In this document: piece by piece, positions 1 to 12,183 of the stretch | How positions within the stretch are numbered: position 1 is the stretch's first letter | Layout: each line of letters begins with the position of its first letter | Assembly: GCA_964016885.1 (NCBI GenBank) | Contig: OZ024742.1 | Coordinates: forward strand, 147,746,001 to 147,810,000 | From: Eledone cirrhosa | Lineage: Eukaryota | DNA: 64,000 nt | Direction of reading: 5' to 3' | Translations under genes and position numbers: made by a program | Notes under the pieces: generated by a model | Seen by the model: the letters and a program-made list of their open reading frames with translations, nothing else | Databases searched by the model: none | Told to the model about the DNA's origin: nothing

Positions 1-833
1 AAGTGTACCACCATGTATTTTGTGAGTAAAAACCCAGCGTCCACATACTCCTTCCACAACACTAATATCAAGAAGTCTTCTTGTGAACGTGATCTGGGCA
101 TTACTGTCAGCAGCGATTTACGTTGGACGACGTACATCTCTAAAATTGTCAGAAGGCCGAGGGTGTCTTAGCATCACTCAGCAAGACCTTTGTCAGCCGT
201 TCTCCAGCTATCTATTTAAAGCTATATATAACTATGGTGCGGGCACACTTAGAATTTGTATTACCAGTCTGGAACTCCTATCTTGCTAAGAACATTAACC
301 CCCTGGAAACTGTTCAGTGACGTGCAACCAAGCGAATACCCGCCATCAGGCATCTACCATACTCTGAACGCCTTGCTTCCCTGGGCATGGATACATTGAA
401 GCTCCAACGTCTGGCAACTGACTTAGTAAACACCCACAAAATTATTAACCATCTTGCCAACAGCAACCCTGAGTACCTTTTTGATTTCCATGTGTCTAAC
501 ACACATGGGCATGCCAATAAAGTCAGAAAACAGCACAGTTCCCATGACTTTCAGAAACATTTTTTCACACTCAGAGTTGCTGAAGCATGGAACAAACTAC
601 CTGCATCAGTTATTAGCTGTTGAGATACTGCATCCTTTAAAACCTCCATGCTTCCTGAGATTTGCCAACACTACACCTAATATTCCCCCTCCATACACAC
701 ACACACATGTATATCATGACTCGTACACTATTCACATCCCTGACATTTGTATATTATTCTATGTACTATACATGCACCTTTGATGAGTTGTAGTGCACCT
801 GAGCACTGTACACAATAATTTCATTATTATTAC
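1..833 (+). mobile_element. CR1-clade LINE, 3' end (frameshifted RT C-terminus, 3' UTR, (ATT)n tail)
   Basis: Translates to KCTTM...KKSSCERDLG...HFFTLRVAEAWNKLP; highly similar to the reverse complement of 24270-24950; ends in cattattattac. Confidence 0.9.
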
Positions 834-835
834 TA

Positions 836-972
836 ACCAAGGCTAACTTTGCCTTTCATCCTTACGGGTCGATAAAATAAAAGCACCAGTAACGTACTGG
901 GGTCGATTTAATCGACTTTCCCCTCCCCCAAAATTACTGGCCTTGTGCCTATACTAGAAATCATTGTTATTA
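836..972 (+). mobile_element. 5'-truncated tRNA-derived SINE (Meta-domain-like core)
   Basis: ctttgcctttcatccttacgggtcgataaaataaa..caccag core that recurs many times in the window. Confidence 0.8.
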
Positions 973-2011
973 TCTCAATATTTTCTCAGTATTTTCCATT
1001 CTCAAGTGGTGACCAGGTAAATACATATAAGTGTATAATGATATGTCATTTGTGTAGAATGTTATTTTCATCACTTAGTAAACATGCTATTGTGTGACAT
1101 ACATAAAAATATACTAATACACACTTATTGAAAGTTGTCTTCTCTGACGTATTACAACAAATGGGAACCTTTGATGTCTCTTCAACTATCTGTCTTTTTC
1201 TGTTTCTCTTTTGCTTTTTCAGTGACTGCCAGATTTCATATGAACTATAACGAACAACTTCAGGAATCCCACACACTGATATTTTTCTCTCATCCTCCAT
1301 ACACACATGTCAATATCATCTCAATCCTCCCTTTTACACAGGACATTAGATTCCTCTCAAACAGAATCTTTCACTCAGTTGACCAACACCACACATCCAT
1401 ATTTACTTTCAGAGTCACAGTGCTTGTACTGGTGGACAAGTTTGGGTAGCCAGTAACTCTGCTGACAAGAACACCTTTTCTCTCTGAGTGTAAGGCAGAC
1501 TGTGTGCCACATGTTCACTAGATAACCATCAATATTATCTACTATACAATGTCATCCTTTTTATCTCTTCACATTGAGAAAATGTTGTGATATTTTGTAT
1601 GGCTGACGTACCGAAGCCATGCAAGCATGCAGATTAGACATTAAAATATTGTTGAGGACAATACAAGAATTATATTACCTACTTTGCATTTAAGGTTACA
1701 AGGATAATTAAGCAATCTGTTTACCCCCACATAGGAAAGTTTCAATATAGAAATTTATAAGTGATACTTTCTCATGAGGGATATGTTTGCTGCATGTTAA
1801 TAACATTACTAAGTTACATCATAGGAAAGTATCAATATTGATAAAATTATTACATATACCAACAAGTACAGAGAAAAACTTTATTTGATCAACAAAAATT
1901 AAATATCACATTTGCTGAACAGAATTTTGACACTGGTGGAGTTATTCTTCTGTATGAATACATACATGTCTATTTAAGTTATTTTTTTGAGAGAATGATT
2001 TATTACAGATG

Positions 2012-3124
2012 TCAATGATATGGATTCTCTCCTGCATTAGTATGCTTGTGTTTGGTTAAATCACTACTTCTGGAGAATGATTTACCACAGACATCACAGT
2101 GATACGGTTTCTCTTCTGTATGTATACTTGCATGTTTAGTTAATTGATCATTCCTAGTGAATGACTTACCACAGACATCACAGTGATATGGTTTCTCTCC
2201 TGTATGAATACGTATGTGTTTAGTTAACTGATCACTTCTTGAGAATGATTTACCACAGACATTGCAGTGATATGGCTTCTCTCCAGTATGAGTACGCTTG
2301 TGTTTTATTAAATGACCATTTTCAGAGAATGATTTACCACAGATATCACAATGATATGGCTTCTCTCCTGTATGAATGCGCCTGTGTATAGTTAAGACAC
2401 CTCCTTCTGAGAATAATTTACCACAGATATCACAGTGATATGGTTTCTCTCCTGTATGAATACGTTTGTGTTTACTTAAATCACTACTTACAGAGAATGA
2501 TTTACTACAGATACCACAGTGATAAGGTTTCTCTCCTGTATGAATACGCTTGTGTTTAGTTAAATCGCTACTTACAGAGAAAGATTTACCACAGACATCA
2601 CAGTGATATGGTTTTTCTCCAGTATGAGTACGTATGTGTCTAGTTAAGTGGTCTGTTTCCAGGAATGATTTACCACAGATAACACAGTGATATGGCTTCT
2701 CTCCTGTATGAACATATTTATGTCTGTTTACTTGACGGCTATGAGTGAATAATTTACCACAGATATCACATTGATATGGTTTCTCTCCTGTATGCATACG
2801 TTTGTGCCTAGTTAAGTTAGTAATATGAGAGAATGATTTACCACAGTCATTGCATTGATATGGTTTTTCTCCTGTATGAATACGCTTGTGCTTAGTTAAG
2901 TCACCATTTAAAGTAAATGATTTATCACAGATATCACAATGATATGGTTTCTCTCCTGTATGAATACGTTTGTGAGCATTAAGATTACCTTTTAAAGAGA
3001 ATGATTTTTTACAAATATCACAGTCAAATGATGTTTTTCCTTTCTCTTTCTTTATATCAGAAAAATCAATCTTTTTGGGTTCTGTTTCAAATTTAACCTG
3101 GTTCTCACATAATTCATTTTCCAT
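2012..3124 (-). CDS. Tandem C2H2 zinc-finger protein, 370 aa, 11 intact fingers + 1 degenerate
   Basis: Repeated CxxC-x12-HxxxH units with TGEKPY linkers after a short acidic N-terminus; ATG start, single coding exon; a frameshifted 13th finger follows the stop. Confidence 0.93.
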   Translation of the reverse strand: MENELCENQVKFETEPKKIDFSDIKKEKGKTSFDCDICKKSFSLKGNLNAHKRIHTGEKPYHCDICDKSFTLNGDLTKHKRIHTGEKPYQCNDCGKSFSHITNLTRHKRMHTGEKPYQCDICGKLFTHSRQVNRHKYVHTGEKPYHCVICGKSFLETDHLTRHIRTHTGEKPYHCDVCGKSFSVSSDLTKHKRIHTGEKPYHCGICSKSFSVSSDLSKHKRIHTGEKPYHCDICGKLFSEGGVLTIHRRIHTGEKPYHCDICGKSFSENGHLIKHKRTHTGEKPYHCNVCGKSFSRSDQLTKHIRIHTGEKPYHCDVCGKSFTRNDQLTKHASIHTEEKPYHCDVCGKSFSRSSDLTKHKHTNAGENPYH

Positions 3125-3459
3125 AATTTTATTACTATCACCACAATATATAAATATTTTTTGATTTTATATTTTATTTCTAACAAATATTTCTACAGCT
3201 ATATTTCCATCAACTGTAGTCTTTGTCAATATATGAAGTCTCCCTAAATTCTTTTGCAAATATGTCCATATTTAATGAGAATGAAAAATCACCCTGAACA
3301 TATACCACTCCAGAGGAAATATTTCACAGTAATTCTACCAAAGATTTATAGAAACAGGGTTACATCTGTTCTGTATAACTTCTTCCTTTAGTCATTAAAA
3401 GATGATAAATATTGATGAAACAGTTAAAGTAAAAATATTCTTTTATGTCATCTGATTTT

Positions 3460-5993
3460 CTGAAATAATAAAAGAAACAGTAAAATATTATCATCATTAT
3501 AAGGATAATTAAAAAGTAGACATTCTACCAGATATGGATATATTGTAGATATAAACATTTAGCTGGACAATTAAAGTTTAAAGATAATGAGTGGACATCT
3601 GTAGTTAATTGACTTGATTGGAATATATGTCCCAGTTTAGGAATGGGTTCTACAGCTGGATGCTCTCTTTACTACTAACCACTTTATAGTGTTTTGAGTG
3701 CATTTTATCATGGCACAAGCACTAAAGAGGTTGTCATGTCCCTAACATAATTGAAAAGTCTTCTCATCCCTTTGTTTGGCATGGTTTCTTTGGATGCTTT
3801 TCCACACACAACCCCTTATTGTGACAGCACTAGTGAAGTTGTGTCTGATGTGACTAAAGAGTCCTCTCAAATTCTTTTGGCATGGTTTCTATGGCTGGCT
3901 GTTCTTCCTAAATGCCAACCACTTTATGGAGTATATGGGGTGAATTTAACCATGGCACCAGAACTAGAAAGATTGTCAGTCATTGACTTTATTGAAGAAT
4001 CCTTTCTACCCTTGGGTGAAGGTTAAGATGGATGATAACTATATCATGACTGTATGACAAGTGATGTTTTGGAGAAAGGGAATAGGAGTAATATAGGATA
4101 GGTGTGGAGGAGTACAGTGATGAGAGGGATGGTGGAGTTATTAAAGAAGGCACATTCCTACAAGTTTGCAACACAGTAATGTAAGATTGAGTGGAGGGTG
4201 CAGTGATGATGAAAATAGTTATTAAAGCGCAATGGTATGACTTGGCTTGAGGTCACACCTGTTACATGGTTGCAACTCAGATGATAAGTTGGATGGAAAA
4301 TGTGAAGGAATATAAGCACATAGTGGATACTATAGCAGAAATAGAAGGAATAGTGGCATATTGGATGTTTTTTTTCATACTTATAGGCAGGTTAATTCCA
4401 GTACTGCATGTCACCAATCATCACAGTGCTTTGTCATCGGTCATGAGATTCAGCTTCCTAAGGTTATTTTTTATGAAAAGTTTAACAATAATAAAATAAA
4501 AATAGGTTACATACTATAACGGGGCATGGAGTTTCCTTCCAATAATTTTTGAGGTAACTACTTCCGTGAATAACGACAGTAGAATTTTTTTTAAATGCCT
4601 TAGTTGCTATCTTTTGTTACCTACCTTAGCATTTAATCTGGCTGTATCTGGCCAGAATTCTCTTACCTCTTACTATTCAAACTGGCTGCAACTGGCCACT
4701 CATACGTATGTTAAGGTATCATTCTCAAAATAAATAATATCAAAATCTCATAGATTCAAAACCATGCGAGATATTTATGTAAGATAAAGCATTTACCACG
4801 AAAATACAATAGTATATATAGAGAGTAATGTAAATGCAAAAGGGTTAATGGTGTAGCTTATTTCAGTAGCATAGCTTGGAGAAGGGAATACCTTTTCCCC
4901 TTTTTGTTGTTTTTGCTTTTTGTTTAACTATTACATTTCAAGTTTAAGTATGTTTGGTGTATATTTATAGCACCACACATTGGAGTATGTGAAAATAATA
5001 TTAGTGGTATACAAACTAGTTACTATATATTTTTATATATAAGAGGGAGTCATTATACAATGTTGTAATTTTTGTGGAGGGCCAGCACACACTTTAGTTA
5101 CACCACTGGTTTATTGACATGGTAGATATGGCAGATGGACATAAAGATGTAGTGTTAATGATAAACATATCCTATAAGTGTGATTTGGTAGACAGAAACT
5201 GTGCAGAAGTCCGTCGTGTATAGAACTAATAATACTATTAGGTTCCATGTTTAAATGCAAACAGGAAATAAATAAACATAGGTATTTACAGAATAAATAC
5301 ATGTCGGAAGCAGAATGTAGTCAAATGAGAGTCTGAGTTATTCAGAAAGGAGTGTGTTTTGTTCGTTAAAATATATATAACGTTTGTTCATTTCTGGTCA
5401 TAAACAATTATAAATTGAAAGAAGCGATTAAGCATATTTTAATAAATTAATAAGTTTATTCGAGACCATTCTCTAAACTACGAGGTATGGTTATATAGAC
5501 ATCTAATACAATGTTACAGTTTCTCTTAATGAACATGTAATAATAGACTGGTAAACATTTTCAAGTCTTTCGCTATGAAAATATTCTTAATATAAACCAA
5601 GTGTCAACCAAACTAGTTCTCACATCTTCTACAGCTCTTTGACATTCCATGATACCGACCACGATGTATTATAGTAATTACAAAAGATACACATGAAAAT
5701 ATCTTTAAGAAATATGAACTATATACACAAATATTATTTAAATATTTAATCACTGATTTCGGACAATGTGGCGAAGGACAATTAATATCAATACCTGATT
5801 AGTAACATAAAAATCTATAATGTATATTATAATGTATATCAACTTTAGAATATCGGAAATATCAGCTCAACATTTCAGTTTGGAAGTATTATCCAGCAGA
5901 TAAATGTCAAGACGACTGAATCCTCCAAGTGGAACATAATTTTGTTATTTACACATATCAATATAGACTCAAAGTAAATATTTGTCAACTTAC
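3460..5993 (-). other. Putative intron upstream of the coding exon of the first ZNF gene
   Basis: Minus-strand donor ATG|GTAAGT at 5993 and acceptor TATTATTTCAG| at 3460; the pairing of the two sites is inferred. Confidence 0.45.
4619..4844. mobile_element. TTAA-type (piggyBac-like) MITE, decayed
   Basis: Termini ccttagcattta...taaatgcaaaaggg-TTAA; reverse-orientation relative of 41196-41400. Confidence 0.55.
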
Positions 5994-6642
5994 CATGTTT
6001 ATATGTAAATGGTGAATGAGTAAATTATGTGTTTTTATGAAACTACGAAATAAATTATCTGGTAGTTAGACTGAGGTTTTCAAATGTTTTTATTAACTTT
6101 AGTTCTACGACATCAACGTTCATGTAGCTTCTTACATTTTTAGCCAGAGATTCGTATCTTGACAGAATATCATTAGCCACAGTTTCGTTATGAAATATGA
6201 ATGCATATACAGGTAGACGACCTGCATCCAACACTTTAACTGGTAGATCATGAGGTAAGCACCCGACTGCCTGAAGCATGCTACATTTCATCTGGTGGTC
6301 CAGTGAAGAATAAGTATTCATAATGGGATTTTGAATTTATTCGGAAATTTTTCATTACAAATGTTTGACGACTATGCAGTGTGTTGGTTCCATAGCATCA
6401 ATCCGGTCTCGACTGATGGTCTTCCGAACATTAATTTATCCACCCCTGGTTCTACAATTTTAATTAAACATTCATCTGCATGAACCATTGAAATTGTTAG
6501 GATTCGAAGAAATCGTACTTATGTATTGAATGTTTACAATGTAAATGAAGTAGTGTTGCTTTTTATGTGTTTGTCCTTGATTCAACGCTTTATATATTAC
6601 ACACCAACACATGCACATATAGAATATTGCTTTCAATTAATA

Positions 6643-6898
6643 GGAAAAATTGGGACAATATGTCACAATTAATAACAAATGTTTCAATGTCACCGTGAAT
6701 TGTGGTGGTAAATCAACAACAACCACACAACCAAGTTAACAATATAAATATATACATAGACACCAGATCTGAACTGAATGGATCCAAACTATCACTGTCA
6801 CTGCCTCCGTCTCTCCCTATCTCTCATAAAATCCAACGTTACTGATGTTTACTTTTCATTAGAGATTAAAGCTGAATGTAAAAAACAGCTCACGATCA
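6643..6898. promoter_or_regulatory. Conserved block upstream of ZNF gene 1, paralogous to 15661-15808
   Basis: gggacaatatgtcacaatt...caatgtcaccgtgaattgtggtggtaaat and acttttca..agattaaag..gaatg..aacagct occur in the same order upstream of both ZNF genes. Confidence 0.5.
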
Positions 6899-7404
6899 GT
6901 GGTAAGAAACTCCCCGGGGAGCTGAACAGCAGAAGCAGACAGAAAGAAAGAGATAAAAAAGGAAGAGGGAGAGAGAGAAGGGACTGGCAAAAAGAGAGAG
7001 AAAGAAGAGGCTCTGTGAGAGGGGAAAGAAAGAGAAAGAAGGGGTTGTATGAGAGGGGAAAGAGAGAGAGGGTGAGAGATTCGGCCCTTAACTTCTGTAT
7101 TGTTATGGAAATGTTAAATATGATACTAAAGCATCATATTTAACATTTACACTCACTGTGACTTTCTCAATATTTAGTGAACTAATGTTGAGAGTTGAAC
7201 GTATCTGTGAATGTTAACAGACAAAGCCAATATTTATACATACAATAAACAAAACGTACGCTAATGCATTAATGTAAACCTAAATAAATTATCAAATCAA
7301 CAGCCGTACTTTCGTAAAAAAACTATATTTGCTGTTATCTTTTCTTGTATTATCCAGAAATAGAGTATACGCTATAATCATTGTTGTATTTGCGGCACAG
7401 AGTT

Positions 7405-7744
7405 ACGGCCTTTCGCGGTCTGAGTTCAAATCCCGTCGAGGTTAGCTTTGCCTTTCAGCCTTACGGGTTCGATAAAATAAAGTACCAGTCACGTACTGCA
7501 GTCGATTCCATCGACTTTCCCCGCCCCACCAAATTGCTGGCTTTGTGCCTAAATCATAAACCATTATCGGTAGAGGGTCGGACGCCATGCTTTCCAGCAT
7601 AGTTACGTCTCTTTACGATCCCTCTTTTCAAATCCCGCCGAGGTTGACTTTGCCTTTCATCCTTACGGGGTCGATAAAATAAAGTACCAGTAATGTACTG
7701 AGTATTTGATGGCCTTGTGCCAAAAGTAGAAACAATTATTATTG
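7405..7744 (+). mobile_element. Two tandem tRNA-derived SINE copies
   Basis: B-box-like gagttcaaatccc followed by the ctttgcctttcatccttacggggtcgataaaataaagtaccag core, twice; (ATT)n tail. Confidence 0.85.
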
Positions 7745-8639
7745 ACTACCGAAGGTGAAACTACGCTTCGTATCGCCTCGAGTAAAATTTGAATTGTTTA
7801 CATTTATTTCGTCTGTTTCTAACCTTTTATTCTAATTTTGAACCTCTTGATAACCTTATCAACCTCAGTATTTCATCTTTACATTGTATACAGCTTAACT
7901 GAGGTCTTGCTTTACCTAACTTGTAATATGTTATCTTTTAACAATGTCCAGTATTCTGCTCTGCTATAATCTATCTAAATCGATTTTCTAACTCAATTCA
8001 GAAATATCTTCCATTTCCAAGTCATAGATTTCTTCTCAAATTACTCCTGATAATCTCATCTACTTTATATATATTTTTTCATATTCTTAGACATTTTAAA
8101 CATAATTCAAGTTATAATTTTACAGCAAATCATCCTTCTTCTAAATACACAAAGTTAAAATTGCAGAAATAAATGATGAAACAGCCTTTCCAGATTATGA
8201 ATTGTAATTTTAATTCAAAGATAAGTAAGTACATCAGTTACAAAACACCAGTCAACTGTTCATAACATCAAAGTAATGACAAACGTCTGTGTAACCAGAC
8301 TGGGTAATAAAGTTTTATCCAAAGTAAATCAGTGGAGAAATTATATATTTACAAAACATTGAACAATAAATTATTATAAAACTTCAAATGTCATTTACAC
8401 TTTCTCCCAAATAAATGGTAATATTGACACATGTAAATCATTTCCATTAACATGTAGGAACATTTTGTAAATATTTGCCTGAGATAAAACAACAAATAAA
8501 TTGTATGAAAACACATTTGTCAATTTTCTGTCTTGTTCTACAAAATGTCATTCTATCAACTAACAAGAATCCCATTGTGGTTTCATGAAGCACAAATTCT
8601 TCAAAGTAATTCTATTCTATTATTGTTTGTGCTTCATGG

Positions 8640-8965
8640 AATCATTTTTTATGGCTATTCTAAATCTTTTCTCAGAATGATTTACTACAAATATCACAGT
8701 GATATGGTCCCTCACCAATGTGAACAGGTCCGTGATGAGTTAAATGCTGATTATCAGAGAATGATTTACCACAAATATCATAATTGTATGGTTTCTCACT
8801 TGTATAACCATGTATATGAAGTGTTATATGGCCTCTATGATAATGTTTTTCATGGACATCACAGTGAAATGAATCCTCAATCAAAGGAATTTGCTTGTGA
8901 ATAGTTCACTTATTACCTTCAGGGTTTTTCTCAGAGACATCACGAGGGTATGTTTTTTCACTGAA
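8640..8965 (-). pseudogene. Degenerate C2H2 zinc-finger relic
   Basis: FHCDVHEK..., [28 protein letters not shown] with lost Cys/His ligands and stops. Confidence 0.75.
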
Positions 8966-9149
8966 ACCCTGGGGGAAGATGATGAAATAGAGTCCTATAA
9001 AACAGAGGAAAACTGGAAACTCCTTTGCAACAGATGAGATCTGTGGCTGGAGCAAGGTACAAACCAAACAAAGAATGAAATTGTGGTAGAACAGTACTGT
9101 AGACAGAGCCATAAACACTACGAGACAAGCTTCGAAAGACTAGAGGGTG

Positions 9150-10948
9150 GAAGGAGCAAAAAAAATGAGCTAAACATCAAGTCTAAAAGTTGGAAGTATC
9201 ACAAGTAGTTGTTGAATGAGGAAAATGCGTGGGAGTATGAAGGTCTGCCTCAGCCATCAAAGTTGACAGCAGTATGGTAGATAAATCAGTTAAGGATATG
9301 AAGGTAGAAAAAGTAGCCAGCCTATCGGGGATTTTTGCTAAGATGATTAAACTACCTGTGTGGAGCATCATTGTTAACTGTTACAAGGGCAGAGGAGATG
9401 CACTAGAGAGAGGAAATTATTAAGGCATCAAACTGCTAGATCAGGTTATGAAAGTCACAGTAAGAATTATTGCATAACTAATTAGAGACATAATTAATCT
9501 AGTTGAATTGTAGTTTGGCTTTGTGCTTCAGAGAAGACTATGGACGCCATCTTCTTAGTCAGGCAGTTGCAGGAGAAGAATTTGGTTAAGAGTAAGTCCT
9601 TATACCTATCATTCGTTGACCTGGAAGTTAGGGATAGAAAAACAACTTGTGAAGACTGTACAGGCTGTGTACAGAGGTGCTACTAGCAAGGTAAGAGTTG
9701 GTAATGAGTATAGTGATGAGCTTAATATGCAGCAGAGGTCCGCAAAAGCTCAGTCTTCAGTCCCTTCCTGTTCATTCTAATCCTCTGGGCCATAACAGAG
9801 TAATGCATGACTGGTTTCTGTAGGAGCTCCTGTATGCTGATGATCTAACCTTTATTCCAGACAGAGAAGCAAAATCTGGAATCAAAGGGCCTCAAAATAA
9901 ACCTTGCAAAGACTAAAGTTTTAGTAATAAAAAGGATAAGACCATGCTACCATCAGGGAAATGGCCATGTTTGTATAGAAAAAGAGTGAATCGAATAGGT
10001 ATTCCATATAGTGCACTCTGTGTAGACAATGGACACACAAGACATGTAGTGGGATCAAAGGTAAACTAATGGGAATGTCACTGTCAGGCTTTGTGTGTGA
10101 TAGATGTGCATGAGTAGTCAATAATAAGGATACCCAAGAGATAAACTCTTTCAGATGTTCAGATGGTTCATTAGAAGTGGTAGGAAACTTTTTACAACCA
10201 AGATCATGGCAGTGAGACATGGGCATTGTGTGCAGAGGATCTACGCAGACTGGAGAGGAACGAAGCTAAGCTTGCATGCTCCGTTGGATGTGTAATAGTA
10301 ATATATGTGAATGGCAAAGCATAAATGAACTAAGTGAGAAATTAGAAATAAGAGAGATCAGATGCTGTTTACTCGAGAGAAGACTATGTTGGTATGGTCA
10401 CGTGATGCGCATGAAAGACGACAGCTGTATAAAAAAGTGCAGGGCGATCAAAATAGACGGTAGCTACGGAGTAGGCAGCCCCAGAAAAACCTGGGACGAT
10501 TTGATAAATTCCGACCTTACACACTTACACCTCTCCAAGACAATGTCACTGAACCGAGATCTTTGGCGCTACGCAGTAATATAGAAAACCCGCCTTGCCT
10601 AAGTACAAAGCAAAACCTACAGTCAGTAGGCACCTCATAACCAAAATACACCCCATCTACACCACCCCTTTCGCTGTAAAGTTATGTTGGTACCGCTACA
10701 TCCAGTCCTAAATAAATGAGGTCGTGTAGGTGTCATGACAAAAAAACACACAGTCCATGCTGTAATGTGGCCATGTAGGTAACACGGTAAAAACCTCCCA
10801 GTCCACTGTAAACGTGGTTGGGGTTAGGAAGTGCATCCAGCCGTAGAAAACCTGCCAGACAGTCCTACACGAGCAAGACAACCAATCTTGCCTCAAGTGG
10901 GACAATTCCCGTCTAAACCCATGCTAGCGTGGAAGATAGACGTTAAAC

Positions 10949-10981
<33 letters not shown>

Positions 10982-11500
10982 CTCATTAGTACTGGAGGTG
11001 TGTGCACCGAAAGTATTATAGCTAGAGTGAGAACAGGCTAGAAGTAGTTCAGGAAGCTGCTACTGCTTCTAGCAACAAAGGGCCACTTTCTCAGAGTGAA
11101 AGGTAGACTGTGTGATGCTTATGCACAAACTGCAATGCTACATGGTAGTGAAACATGGACCTTGACTGCAGAAGATCTGTGAAGGCTAGAAAGAAATGAA
11201 GTGAGTATGTTCTGCTGGATGTGCAATGTCAGCATGCATAAATAACAACATAAGTGAGTTGAGAGAAAAACTTGGTAGAGAGAAGACTATGGTGGTATGG
11301 ACATGTGATGTATGCAGATGACAGCTGCATAAAGCAGTGTAGAGAAATCTCAGTGGATGGGACCTGTGGAAGAGGCAGACACAGGAAGATATGAGATGAG
11401 GTAGTGAAGACCGATGTTAAGAAGCTGAATCTCACAACAGAGATGACAAAGGACTGTGTGGATTGGGGACGTGCTGTTCTCGTGAAGGTCCACTTAATAA
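9150..11500 (+). mobile_element. Old decayed RTE LINE (PHD-containing family) interrupted by a younger RTE
   Basis: Remnants of YKGRGDALERGNY, ELLYADDL, KINLAKTKV, SGKWPC and MLHGSETW with many stops; homologous to 55663-56850 and 57960-59085. Confidence 0.85.
10205..10981 (+). mobile_element. 5'-truncated younger RTE nested in the older RTE, (GAT)n tail
   Basis: Close match to 56447-57215 including ORF end and 3' UTR; host element resumes at 10982. Confidence 0.9.
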
Positions 11501-12183
11501 CTCCTCCATGCCCCTCCCTTTCTATCATTCCTTAGAAGCTATCCACACCATCAATGGAGATCCTATTCACCCCCCGAAACCTCACCCCTCAAATCCTAAC
11601 AAACACACCCAGTACTGGTGTCGCAAGAGGTGTGTTCTGTAGGGTGGTTGGAAACAGAGGGAGCATCCTGCTATAGAAACCATGCCAAAGAGGGATAAGA
11701 AGTCTCTCCAGGTGTGTCAGAGGCATGACAGCCTATTTAGGGCTGCTGAGCTACATGATGAATGCACTCAGTACAAACTGTAAATCGGTTGTTGATAGGA
11801 AAGGACATCCAACCATAGAAAGCCTGCCAAAGAAAGAGTCAAACTCTTCAACTAATCACCCTAGAGTTGGTGATTTATGTGATAACACTCCTAGTACAAT
11901 CTATAAAGTGGTAGCAACAGAAAGGTTTTCTAGACATAGAAAACCTGCCACAAAGAGATGGGATGACTCTACAGTTATGCAAAAGACATGATATAACAAC
12001 TTCCCTAGTGTTGGTGTCATGATTAAAATGCACTTAGTATGACTATGTAGTCAGTATCTTCACTTTGAGTATCAATTTGGTCTGCTATAACAATGTCCAA
12101 CCCTTGCTAGCAAGTAGGGAAAGTAGATGTTAATCTAGATAAGATGATGTTGATGGTGATGTGAAGAAATTGTTTGTGAACAG

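Noticed and set aside
2012-3124. Regular 84-bp periodic repeats as a CRISPR-like array
   Set aside because: They are in-frame C2H2 finger units in a eukaryotic context with no cas genes
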